NCBI GenBank assembly: GCA_965261395.1
Contig: OZ253462.1
Span: 3,808,001-3,872,000 of the forward strand
Direction of reading: 5' to 3'
DNA: 64,000 bases
DNA from: Candidatus Latescibacterota bacterium
Lineage (GTDB): Bacteria > Latescibacterota > UBA2968 > UBA8231
Positions 28,609 to 37,352 of this stretch are shown piece by piece. Position 1 is the first letter of the stretch; each line of letters starts with the position of its first letter. Under the pieces are notes generated by a model. The model was not told where the DNA came from. It searched no databases and saw nothing but the letters and a program-made list of their open reading frames with translations. A program made the position numbers and the translations under genes.

Positions 28609-29972
28609 CCCTGAGCGAGATGATGCAGTGGACGGCTGCCGATCTGGTCGGCAGCCTCCGGCCAGATTGCGCCCTACAAGCGGTGGCGACCGACAGCCGG
28701 TCCATCGACGAGGGCGAGTTGTTCGTTGCGCTGCGGGGCGAGCACTTCGACGGGCACGACTTCGTCGAGGCCGCCTTTGCCCGCGGCGCGTGCGCGGCCT
28801 TAGTGGAACGCCGTTGGCCAGGGTTGGACCGGGCGGCCTCCGGTCCGCTGTTGGCCGTTGACTCGACGCTGCAAGCGCTGGGCGATATGGCGCGGGCGTA
28901 TCGACGGCACTGGGAGGTACCGGTGGTGGCTGTCGTAGGCAGCGCGGGCAAGACGACGACCAAGGAAATGATCGCTGCTGTCTTGGGACAGCGGTATAGC
29001 ATTTTGAAAACCATCGGCAGCGAGAACAACGAGATAGGGGTGCCCCGCACTCTGCTGCAATTGTCGCCGAGCCACGAGGCGGTGGTGTTGGAACTGGCGG
29101 CGCGGCGGGTGGGGGACATTCGCTACTTGTGTTCGGTTGCCGAGCCTACCATTGGGGTTCTGCTCAACATTGGGACTGCACACATAGAATTTTTCGGGTC
29201 TGTAGAAGGAGTGGCCAAAGCTAAAGGGGAGCTTCTGGATTATTTGGGCGAGTCTTTAACGGCTCTCGTCAACGCCGATGACCGTGTCGTGGCTCAGGAG
29301 GTAAAGAGGACAAAGGGGAGACTCCTGACCTTCGGTTTTGCGCGTGAGAGCGAGTTTCGTGGGGAGAGGCTCGTACTCGACCAGAAGGGCTGCGGCCACT
29401 TCCTTCTACACCATGTTCCCATTGATCTCAATATTCCGGGGCGGCACAACGCGTACAACGCCTTGGCTGCGGCCGCCGTCGGTCGCATCCTCGGCGTGCC
29501 TTGGGAAGGGATCCAGCGCGCCCTCGCCGGGTTCCAAGCGGTGAGCCAACGCAGCGAGGTCGTGTGCAAAAATGGGATCGCAGTAATCGACGATTGCTAC
29601 AACGCCAGTCCCGGCTCGATGTCGGCCGCACTCGACCTTCTCGTCGATGTGCCCGGTGAGCGGAAAATTGCCGTGCTCGGCGACATGCTAGAGCTCGGTG
29701 CGGAGAGCGGCCCGTTGCACGCGGCCGTCGGCGAGAAGGCTGCCGCGTGCGCCGATGTCATACTGGCTGCCGGCCGCGAAAGCGCGCACTTGGTGGCCGC
29801 GGCCCGCGCGGCTGGTATGGCCCAAGACGCGGCTCGCCACTTCGAGCAGCCCGAGCAACTTGGTGAATTCGCCGCCGAGCAATTGCGCCACGGCGATGCG
29901 GTCTTAGTCAAGGCCTCCCGGGCCATGGCCTTTGACCGAGTCGTCGAGCGCATTCTGCAGCAGTTGAGATAG
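28596..29972 (+). CDS. murF: UDP-MurNAc-tripeptide:D-Ala-D-Ala ligase
   Basis: GSAGKTTTKE, NNEIGVP, DCYNASP, LGDMLELG and LVKASR motifs. Confidence 0.95.
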   Translation: MRAVTLSEMMQWTAADLVGSLRPDCALQAVATDSRSIDEGELFVALRGEHFDGHDFVEAAFARGACAALVERRWPGLDRAASGPLLAVDSTLQALGDMARAYRRHWEVPVVAVVGSAGKTTTKEMIAAVLGQRYSILKTIGSENNEIGVPRTLLQLSPSHEAVVLELAARRVGDIRYLCSVAEPTIGVLLNIGTAHIEFFGSVEGVAKAKGELLDYLGESLTALVNADDRVVAQEVKRTKGRLLTFGFARESEFRGERLVLDQKGCGHFLLHHVPIDLNIPGRHNAYNALAAAAVGRILGVPWEGIQRALAGFQAVSQRSEVVCKNGIAVIDDCYNASPGSMSAALDLLVDVPGERKIAVLGDMLELGAESGPLHAAVGEKAAACADVILAAGRESAHLVAAARAAGMAQDAARHFEQPEQLGEFAAEQLRHGDAVLVKASRAMAFDRVVERILQQLR

Positions 29973-30026
29973 CTCGCTCCCACCGGGCGCGTTCTCAATC
30001 CCCTAGCAACTAGCGAGTTCCTGCTG

Positions 30027-31148
30027 ATGATAGCTGTTCAGCGCGACAGCATGTTCGTGTTGCTGATCTGCATGACGCTAGTAGGCCTGGGGCTGGTCAT
30101 GGTCTATAGCGCTAGTTCGGTTTTGGCTAACGTGCGCTTTGGCGACTCGGGCCTTTTCCTTAAGAAGCAATCCATCCGCGTCCTCATCGGCTTGGTGCTC
30201 ATGCTCGCGTTTTCGCGGCTGCCTTTGCATTGGTGGGCGCGGCTTTCGCGCCCCATCATGTTGTTGTCGCTCTTGTCGCTCTTGCTGGTCTTGGCATGGG
30301 GCCATGGTGCAGCCCAACGCTGGTTGAGCATTCCGGCCTTGGGCGGTGGCTTAGTCTTTCAGCCGGCCGAGTTCGCCAAGCTGGCGCTGGTTCTCTACTT
30401 GGCGGATGTCTTGGTGCGCAAGCGCGACGAGCTACACGACTTTAGCCGCGGGTTTGTCCCCCGTTTGTTGGTCGTCGGCTTCGCCCTCGTGCTCATAGTA
30501 TTACAGCCCGACTTGGGGACGGCCATTGCGCTGGGGCTGATTGCCTTGATCATGCTGTGGGTCGGCGGAATGCGCCTGTACCACTTGGCCGGGGCTGGGT
30601 TGCTCGCGCTATTGGGCGTTGGGCTTTCCCTGATGAATTCGAGTTATCAGATGCGCCGCTTGATCAACTTTATTGACCCAGAACGCGATCCGGCGGGTTC
30701 CTACCAACTCTTGCAGTCGCTCTGCGGCATGGGTAACGGCGGCCTTTTTGGGGTGGGTTTGGGCAACAGCATGCAAAAAGAGCAGTACCTCCCCGAGCCA
30801 CACACGGATTTTGTCTTCTCGGTCATCGGCGAGGAAATGGGTCTTATGGGTACGCTAGTCGTACTAGGGCTTTTCGCGGCATTTTCATTTTACGGGTTGC
30901 GCATCGGTGCCCGCGCCGGAGATACGTACGGCTTTTTGGTCGCCACCGGCATTACGGCAATGATTTCGATATACGCCTTGCTGAACATCGGCGTGGTCAT
31001 CGGGGTACTACCCACCACTGGCTTGCCGCTGCCCTTCGTCAGCTACGGAGGTTCGTCGCTGATGGGGAATATGGCGGGAGTGGGCATCTTGCTAGGGGTC
31101 GCCCGCACGGCCCCCGGACACCAAGAGGGGTTGGTGCGTTGGCAGTGA
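30027..31148 (+). CDS. ftsW: SEDS peptidoglycan polymerase FtsW
   Basis: GLVMVYSAS, FQPAEFAK, QPDLGT, LPEPHTDF and GLPLPFVSYGGSS motifs. Confidence 0.95.
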   Translation: MIAVQRDSMFVLLICMTLVGLGLVMVYSASSVLANVRFGDSGLFLKKQSIRVLIGLVLMLAFSRLPLHWWARLSRPIMLLSLLSLLLVLAWGHGAAQRWLSIPALGGGLVFQPAEFAKLALVLYLADVLVRKRDELHDFSRGFVPRLLVVGFALVLIVLQPDLGTAIALGLIALIMLWVGGMRLYHLAGAGLLALLGVGLSLMNSSYQMRRLINFIDPERDPAGSYQLLQSLCGMGNGGLFGVGLGNSMQKEQYLPEPHTDFVFSVIGEEMGLMGTLVVLGLFAAFSFYGLRIGARAGDTYGFLVATGITAMISIYALLNIGVVIGVLPTTGLPLPFVSYGGSSLMGNMAGVGILLGVARTAPGHQEGLVRWQ

Positions 31149-32533
31149 TGAAGACTCTCTTCGACCAATATCGCCGCGTGCACCTCGTCGGAATCGGCGG
31201 AGCGGGCATGGAGGGCTTGGCCCGGCTCCTTGCGGCCAAAGGCTGTGTGGTAAGCGGATCGGATCAGGCCGATTCGCGCAGCGTCGCGCTACTGCGCCAA
31301 GAGGGATTCTCAGTCGCAGTGGGGCACGATGGCCAGCTCGTACAAGACGTGGATCTAGTGGTGTATTCGGCCGCCGTACCGGCTGACAACCTCGAGCGGC
31401 GGGCTGCCGCGCAAGAGGGAATTCCCACGGCGAGTCGGGCCGAGGTGCTCGGGGAACTGTCCCGCGCACCGTTGACCCTCGCCGTAGCTGGTGCCCACGG
31501 CAAGACGACGACCGCTTCGATGGTGGCGGCGATCTTGCGCCGCGCTGGCCTCGATCCCCAAGTCTTGATCGGGGGCTGGATAAACGGGCGGCCGCAGGCC
31601 GAGTTGGGCAGCGGCGAGGTCTTTGTGGTAGAGGCCGATGAGTTTGCCGGCAGCTTCTTGCACTTGTATCCGAGTTTGGCCATCGTGACAGGTGTCGACG
31701 CCGAACATCTCGACTACTATGGGAGCTTGGAAACCCTCGAACGGGCCTTCGGCCAATTTCTCGCGCGTTTGCCCTTCTGCGGTCGTAGCGTGCTGGCCGG
31801 GGACGGGCTGGTCGGGGAGCGGGTGCTGGCCGACTTGCAGCGCCCCCATCAGACCTATGGCATGGATGGCGACAACGACTACCGGATCGCCGAGCTCGAA
31901 GAGCGGGCTTGGGGCAGCCGGTTTGCCCTGTGTTTCGACGGGCAAAAGCTAGGCGAGATCGAACTACAGGTCCACGGCGTACACAATGTCCGCAATGCCG
32001 CTGGGGCCGCTGCGCTGACCTGTGCGCTACAGGTGGAGTTCGCAGTGATCGCCGACGCCTTGGAGAAGTTTGGCGGGGCCGACCGGCGCTTTCAGCACAA
32101 GGGGGAATTCGCTGGCGTGCTGGTCGTAGACGACTACGCCCATCACCCGGCCGAACTGGCTGCGGCCTTGGCCGCAGCGCGGCAGAGTGGTCGCCGAGTC
32201 ATCGCCGTTTTCCAGCCCCACCTGTACTCGCGCACCCGCGAATTGGCTGCGGCCTTTGCCCGCGAGCTAGCCGCGGCCGACTACGTGGTGCTGGCCGCGG
32301 TCTTTGCCGCACGGGAGGCCCCCATGCCCGGCGTGGACTCTGAACTGATCGCAGGGGCCTTGCGCGCCAGCGGGTATAAAACCGTGGAATACCTGCCGGA
32401 TAGGGAGCAGCTCGTCGCCCACTTGGTGGATATATGTCGCCGCGGCGACTTGGTGCTGGTCATGGGGGCCGGTGACATCGGCGAGGCGGCTGCGGAACTG
32501 ACCGCGGCCTTGGCAACCGGAGAGCGCTCGTGA
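31148..32533 (+). CDS. murC: UDP-N-acetylmuramate-L-alanine ligase
   Basis: VGIGGAGM, AGAHGKTTT, VEADE, DDYAHHP, FQPHLYSRT and MGAGD motifs (alternative start 31139). Confidence 0.95.
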   Translation: MKTLFDQYRRVHLVGIGGAGMEGLARLLAAKGCVVSGSDQADSRSVALLRQEGFSVAVGHDGQLVQDVDLVVYSAAVPADNLERRAAAQEGIPTASRAEVLGELSRAPLTLAVAGAHGKTTTASMVAAILRRAGLDPQVLIGGWINGRPQAELGSGEVFVVEADEFAGSFLHLYPSLAIVTGVDAEHLDYYGSLETLERAFGQFLARLPFCGRSVLAGDGLVGERVLADLQRPHQTYGMDGDNDYRIAELEERAWGSRFALCFDGQKLGEIELQVHGVHNVRNAAGAAALTCALQVEFAVIADALEKFGGADRRFQHKGEFAGVLVVDDYAHHPAELAAALAAARQSGRRVIAVFQPHLYSRTRELAAAFARELAAADYVVLAAVFAAREAPMPGVDSELIAGALRASGYKTVEYLPDREQLVAHLVDICRRGDLVLVMGAGDIGEAAAELTAALATGERS

Positions 32534-33357
32534 ACCACAAGAAAACCAAGGCGCACAAAAAGTCGCTAACCGCGGCGGATCGAGACCAGAAGAAGGTCCG
32601 CTGGCCTCGGATTGCGCTCTTGATCTTGGCCACGGGTAGCACTTTGGCGGCCTATCAGGTAGCTACCTACTTCGGCCAAGCCTCCTTTTTTGGTCTCAAG
32701 GCCATTGAGGTGGATGGGTTACAGCGGCTCGACGGAGCGGCCGTGCATGCCGCTAGCGGCCTCACGGCCGGTACCAACATTTTCGCCATCGACTTGGATG
32801 AGATTGCGCAGCGACTGGAGGCCATGCATTGGATCAAGCAGGCCCTCGTGGTGCGCAAGCCGCCTGACCGGATTGCCGTCGATATCGTCGAGCACCGACA
32901 AGTAGCTTGGGTCGATTTAGGTCAGACCTATGGGGTCACGCCCGATGGCGTCCTACTCTCCGTAGGCAGCACGGGCGACCGGCCGGTCGCCCCTCCACGC
33001 AATTTGCCCGTCATATCTGGGCTGTCTATCGGCGGTGACTCGCTGCGGCCGGGCATGGCGGTGCCGGATTCCACGCTGCTGGCCATACTGCGCTGGTGGA
33101 AGGAGGCCACGGCTGCAGATGCTGAATTTTGCCTCAATGTGGCCGGCATCCAGCCGATGTCCGGGCCGGATATTCGCTTGCAGATGGCGGGCGACGGACT
33201 CGAGGTGCGCTTGCCTGCAAACGAGGCCGACCGCCGGCTCCGTACCATTCGCGAATTGATGCCGCGAGTCCACCAGAACCATCCCGATCCGGCCTATATC
33301 GACTTGCGCTATGCCGGCCAGATGGTAGTCGGCAAAAAGAAAGCAAAATCGGGATGA
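32530..33357 (+). CDS. ftsQ: Cell division protein FtsQ/DivIB
   Basis: TM, POTRA domain (IEVDGLQRL...WIKQALVVRKPPDRIAVDIVE) and C-terminal YIDLRY. Confidence 0.9.
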   Translation: MNHKKTKAHKKSLTAADRDQKKVRWPRIALLILATGSTLAAYQVATYFGQASFFGLKAIEVDGLQRLDGAAVHAASGLTAGTNIFAIDLDEIAQRLEAMHWIKQALVVRKPPDRIAVDIVEHRQVAWVDLGQTYGVTPDGVLLSVGSTGDRPVAPPRNLPVISGLSIGGDSLRPGMAVPDSTLLAILRWWKEATAADAEFCLNVAGIQPMSGPDIRLQMAGDGLEVRLPANEADRRLRTIRELMPRVHQNHPDPAYIDLRYAGQMVVGKKKAKSG

Positions 33358-34526
33358 ACTGGAGTGAGGAGCGGAGCACCATTGTCGCCGGGCTAGACTT
33401 GGGTACGACCAAGGTCTGCGCCGTCATTGCCGAGCAGATCGCCGAGCGGCGGCTGCGGATTATCGGCATGGGCCAGTGCCTCTCAGAGGGGATACAGCGC
33501 GGGGCGATCGTGGATGCAGAGAAGACCGTGCGCGCCATTGGCGAGGCCATGCGCCAAGCCGAGCTGATGGCTGGGGTCGAAATCGACTCGGTGTACGCCG
33601 GCATTTCCGGCGAATACATCGCCAGCCTCAATAGCACGGGCATGGTGGCCGTCGGCGGCGAAGGCGGATGGATCGGAACACAGGACCGCGCCCGAGTCCT
33701 CGCTGCGGCCGGCGTGGTCAAAGTGCCGTTCGACCGCGAGGTGCTGCACGTTTTGCCCCAAGAATTTGCCGTCAATGGCCAGCGGGGCATTCTCGATCCC
33801 GTGGGTATGTATGGCGTGCGATTAGAGGCGAGTGTGCACGTAGTCACCAGTTCGGTTGCCGCGGTGCGGAACATCTGCCACAGCATCCTCCGCGCTGGCG
33901 TCGATGTGCTCAGTGTCGTTCTCGGCCCGCTTGCTTCGAGCTACGCCGCCCTCAGCGAGGACGAGCAGCAGATGGGGGTTTGCCTGCTCGACATCGGCGG
34001 TGGCACGACTGATGTGGCGGTCTTCATCGGCAACGGGTTGCGCCACTCGGGCATCATCGGGTTGGGCGGGCAGAATGTGACCAACGACATCGGCGTTGGG
34101 CTGCGCACCACGCGGGCCGAGGCCGAGCGGATCAAGTGCGCGGGTGCGTCTAGCGAGACTGTAGCCCACATCGTCGAGGCGCGGATGGAGGAGATATTGG
34201 CCCTAGCCCGCAAGAATGTCTATACCGCGTTGCCCAATGTCGCGCTAGGCGCGGGCATCGTCCTCACGGGTGGGGCAGCGCAAATCACCGGAGCCGTGGC
34301 CTTGGCCGAGCGGGTCTTTGGCATGCCCGTGCGTCTGGGCGTTCCGGTCGGGTTTGAGGGAGCCGCAGAGCTGGCCAGCCCGCCGTATGCTACGGCGCTG
34401 GGCCTGCTTCTCTACGGAGCGGAGCAACAGCAGAAGAAAAATCGAAAAGAAGCGCAGGTGCTGGTCGAAGACTCCTTTGATTCAGTATTCGGGCGCGTAA
34501 AAAAGTGGTTACAACCACGGGACTAG
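33354..34526 (+). CDS. ftsA: Cell division protein FtsA, internally shortened
   Basis: GLDLGTTKV, LDIGGGTTD and IVLTGGAA motifs; C-terminal amphipathic FGRVKKWL; ATG 33354 overlaps the ftsQ stop. Confidence 0.93.
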   Translation: MNWSEERSTIVAGLDLGTTKVCAVIAEQIAERRLRIIGMGQCLSEGIQRGAIVDAEKTVRAIGEAMRQAELMAGVEIDSVYAGISGEYIASLNSTGMVAVGGEGGWIGTQDRARVLAAAGVVKVPFDREVLHVLPQEFAVNGQRGILDPVGMYGVRLEASVHVVTSSVAAVRNICHSILRAGVDVLSVVLGPLASSYAALSEDEQQMGVCLLDIGGGTTDVAVFIGNGLRHSGIIGLGGQNVTNDIGVGLRTTRAEAERIKCAGASSETVAHIVEARMEEILALARKNVYTALPNVALGAGIVLTGGAAQITGAVALAERVFGMPVRLGVPVGFEGAAELASPPYATALGLLLYGAEQQQKKNRKEAQVLVEDSFDSVFGRVKKWLQPRD

Positions 34527-34563
34527 CGGCGGTGCTAGCCCCGAAAATCAAGGAGGAATACCC

Positions 34564-35760
34564 ATGGCAATTAGGTTGATCGACAATGAGCATCGGGCAC
34601 GAATCAAGGTCGTCGGTGTCGGTGGCAGCGGCGGCAATGCCATCAACCGCATGATCGAGTCCGGGATGCACGGCGTTGAATTCGTCGCTGTCAACACGGA
34701 TGCGCAGGCGCTGGAGGCCTCGCGAGCTGACTTCCCCATTTGCATTGGCAGCAGCGTTACGCGGGGCTTGGGTGCTGGTGCCGACCCAGAAGTGGGCCGG
34801 CAAGCTGTCGAGGAAGACCGCGACAAGGTTTCCAAGCAGCTACAGGACTCGGATCTGATCTTCATCACGGCTGGCATGGGCGGTGGCACGGGCACAGGGG
34901 CCGCGCCTGTAGTTGCGGAAATCGCCCGCGATCAAGGGGCCCTGACGGTCGGCATCGTAACCGAGCCTTTTCTAATGGAAGGCTCCCCGAGGATGAAAAA
35001 CGCCAAAAGCGGGATTGCCGAGCTAAGGGACCAAGTTGACACCCTGATCACCATCAAGAACCAGCGCCTGCTGACTGTCTGCCCCCGCGACACCACCCTC
35101 GAGGATGCGTTTCTCAAGGCCGACGAAGTACTGATGCAGGCCACGCGCGGCATTTCCGACCTGATTACGATCCCGGGCATGGTCAATCTCGACTTCAACG
35201 ACGTGCGCACGGTGATTTCCAAGGGTGGGGACGCGATTATGGGCCTCGGGGAGCACAGCGGCGAAGAGCGGGCCGTGGAGGCCGCTCGCAAGGCGATCAA
35301 CAGCCCGCTTTTAGAGGACGTGTCGATCACCGGTGCCAAGGGTGTGTTGATCAATATCGCCGGCGACTCCAATCTCACGCTCTACGAGGTCAACGAGGTC
35401 ATGTCGATGATCAACGAAGCCACCGGTTCGGATGCCGAGATCATCTTCGGCACCGTAATCGACTCGAGCTTGACCGAGATCATCCGCGTGACGGTCATAG
35501 CCACGGGCTTCAGCCTGAATAAGGGCGACGAAGCCGAGACGCCAGCCCGCGAACAAGAGGAGTCGGTGCAGGACGTGGATGCGGATCCACTGACCATCGG
35601 CAGCCCGATCCTCGTCGGCAATGGGGGCACCTCCTTGGACGTGCCCACGTATCTGCGCAACGGTCACAGCACGCCTCAGGAGCAGCAGCAGCCCGTGCGC
35701 CCGGCAGTTGGCGACTTGGACATTCCCACCTTCCTGCGCCGCAAAATGAACGCTTCTTAG
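34564..35760 (+). CDS. ftsZ: Cell division protein FtsZ
   Basis: VGVGGSGGNA, AGMGGGTGTG, NLDFNDV and C-terminal LDIPTFLR; AAGGAGG RBS. Confidence 0.98.
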   Translation: MAIRLIDNEHRARIKVVGVGGSGGNAINRMIESGMHGVEFVAVNTDAQALEASRADFPICIGSSVTRGLGAGADPEVGRQAVEEDRDKVSKQLQDSDLIFITAGMGGGTGTGAAPVVAEIARDQGALTVGIVTEPFLMEGSPRMKNAKSGIAELRDQVDTLITIKNQRLLTVCPRDTTLEDAFLKADEVLMQATRGISDLITIPGMVNLDFNDVRTVISKGGDAIMGLGEHSGEERAVEAARKAINSPLLEDVSITGAKGVLINIAGDSNLTLYEVNEVMSMINEATGSDAEIIFGTVIDSSLTEIIRVTVIATGFSLNKGDEAETPAREQEESVQDVDADPLTIGSPILVGNGGTSLDVPTYLRNGHSTPQEQQQPVRPAVGDLDIPTFLRRKMNAS

Positions 35761-35848
35761 GGCGGTTGTCGCGCGCGGGCGATTTGGCTTATCTTAACGC
35801 TTGATCGTTACTGTGTGCGATAGAATTTGCAGGGAGAACGTTTTTTAC

Positions 35849-36304
35849 ATGGCAGATATTCGCGTTGGCGTAATCATGGGCAGCACCTCGGATGAGGACA
35901 CCATGCGCAAGGGGGCGGCGGTGCTCGAAGAGCTAGGCCTTAGCTACGAGATGGTCGTATCTTCGGCCCACCGCAACCCCGAGCGCACCGCTGTTTGGGC
36001 CAGCGAGGCGGCTGGTCGCGGTCTCAAGGTGATCATCGCCGGTGCTGGCTTAGCTGCGGCCCTGCCCGGAGTGGTGGCGGCGCATACAACGCTGCCGGTC
36101 ATCGGCGTTCCCATTGCCTCGGGTGCGCTCCGTGGAGTCGATTCTCTCTACTCCATCGTGCAGATGCCTCCGGGGATCCCGGTGGCGACCGTTGGCATTG
36201 ACAATGCCCGCAATGCGGCCATGCTGGCAGCCCAAATCATCGCCTTGTCCGACGAGGCGGTCGCCCAGGCCATTGAAACCTATCGCGCACAGTGGAACCC
36301 CTAA
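35849..36304 (+). CDS. purE: N5-CAIR mutase
   Basis: [24 protein letters not shown] and [14 protein letters not shown] motifs. Confidence 0.95.
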   Translation: MADIRVGVIMGSTSDEDTMRKGAAVLEELGLSYEMVVSSAHRNPERTAVWASEAAGRGLKVIIAGAGLAAALPGVVAAHTTLPVIGVPIASGALRGVDSLYSIVQMPPGIPVATVGIDNARNAAMLAAQIIALSDEAVAQAIETYRAQWNP

Positions 36305-36311
36305 GACCACA

Positions 36312-36339
36312 GTAGGGGCGACCAGCCGGTCGCCCCTAC
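36312..36339. repeat. GTAG-type REP-like palindrome
   Basis: Perfect 12-bp stem GTAGGGGCGACC-agcc-GGTCGCCCCTAC, 7 nt after the purE stop. Confidence 0.75.
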
Positions 36340-36368
36340 ATCATAATGTTGAAAGGACGCGATGAGCA

Positions 36369-36992
36369 GTGGCCAATACAAGTCGCATTTCCAAATTGCT
36401 TTCGCTGATGCTCAGGCATCGGCCCGACGAATTTGGACTGGAGATTGATGCCTACGGCTACGCGCCGTTGGATCAGGTAGTGCAAGGAGTACAGGAACGC
36501 TACTCAGAGGTACCCGAAGCCGAGATCCTCAACCTAGTCAAGGATCCAGAGCAGTATCGCTTTGAACTGAATGAGTTTGGCATCCGCGCGCTGTACGGGC
36601 ACAGTTTTTTCGTCGATATGGACGGCGAGCCTATGGACCCGCCACCCGATCGGCTCTACATGGGCACGACCCGCAGCGAGGCCCAGCGCTTTGCCCGCGA
36701 GGGTATTTCCCCGGGCGATCGCTACTACGTGCATCTGTCGCTGACGCGCGAGGCGGCCGAATCGCACAGCCACCAACGCGACACCCCCTGCGTGGTGGAG
36801 ATTCTCGCGGCCAAGGCCCACGACGAGGGCTGTCGCTTTTTTGCCCGCGGCGCGGTCGTGCTAACCGAAGAAATCCCAGCTAGTTGCATCGGCTCAACCC
36901 ACGGCAGCCAGCAAAAAGCCCTCGATGTCGCCGAGATGCCGGCGGCTGGCGGGACAAGCTACGGCCGCAAGCCCCGGTTTTCGGCCCGTTGA
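36369..36992 (+). CDS. kptA: RNA 2'-phosphotransferase (Tpt1/KptA family)
   Basis: SKLLSLMLRH, RFE, IRALYGHS, LYMGT and RYYVHLS motifs. Confidence 0.85.
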   Translation: MANTSRISKLLSLMLRHRPDEFGLEIDAYGYAPLDQVVQGVQERYSEVPEAEILNLVKDPEQYRFELNEFGIRALYGHSFFVDMDGEPMDPPPDRLYMGTTRSEAQRFAREGISPGDRYYVHLSLTREAAESHSHQRDTPCVVEILAAKAHDEGCRFFARGAVVLTEEIPASCIGSTHGSQQKALDVAEMPAAGGTSYGRKPRFSAR

Positions 36993-37002
36993 GAGGGATG
37001 CC

Positions 37003-37341
37003 GTGAAAAACATCGTGGCCTTTATCAAGCCCTTCAAGCTCGACGAGGTCAAAAGCTCCTTGGCCGCGATGGGCATCGTCGGGATGTCCGTCAGCGAAGT
37101 GCGCGGCTGCGGTCGCCAGCGCGGCCACAGCGAAATCTACCGCGGTGCCGAGTACCAGCTCGATTTCATGCCCAAAATTCGCATTGAATTGGCCGTCGGC
37201 GATGGCCTACTCGACGAAGCGGTGGAGGCGATTTTGCAGTCGGCTGCCACCGGCGAGGTCGGAGACGGCAAAATCTTTGTCTCCGACCTAGTCGAGGCCA
37301 TCCGCATCCGCACCGGCGAAACCGGCGAAAACGCCCTCTGA
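37003..37341 (+). CDS. glnB: P-II nitrogen regulatory protein
   Basis: IKPFKLDEV, GRQRGHSEIYRGAEY and TGEVGDGKIF motifs; 112 aa from GTG 37003. Confidence 0.95.
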   Translation: MKNIVAFIKPFKLDEVKSSLAAMGIVGMSVSEVRGCGRQRGHSEIYRGAEYQLDFMPKIRIELAVGDGLLDEAVEAILQSAATGEVGDGKIFVSDLVEAIRIRTGETGENAL

Positions 37342-37352
37342 AGTTCCCGGCA

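Noticed and set aside
33129-33353. N-terminal extension of FtsA in the ORF track
   Set aside because: It lies inside ftsQ; ATG 33354 overlapping the ftsQ stop gives a normal FtsA start
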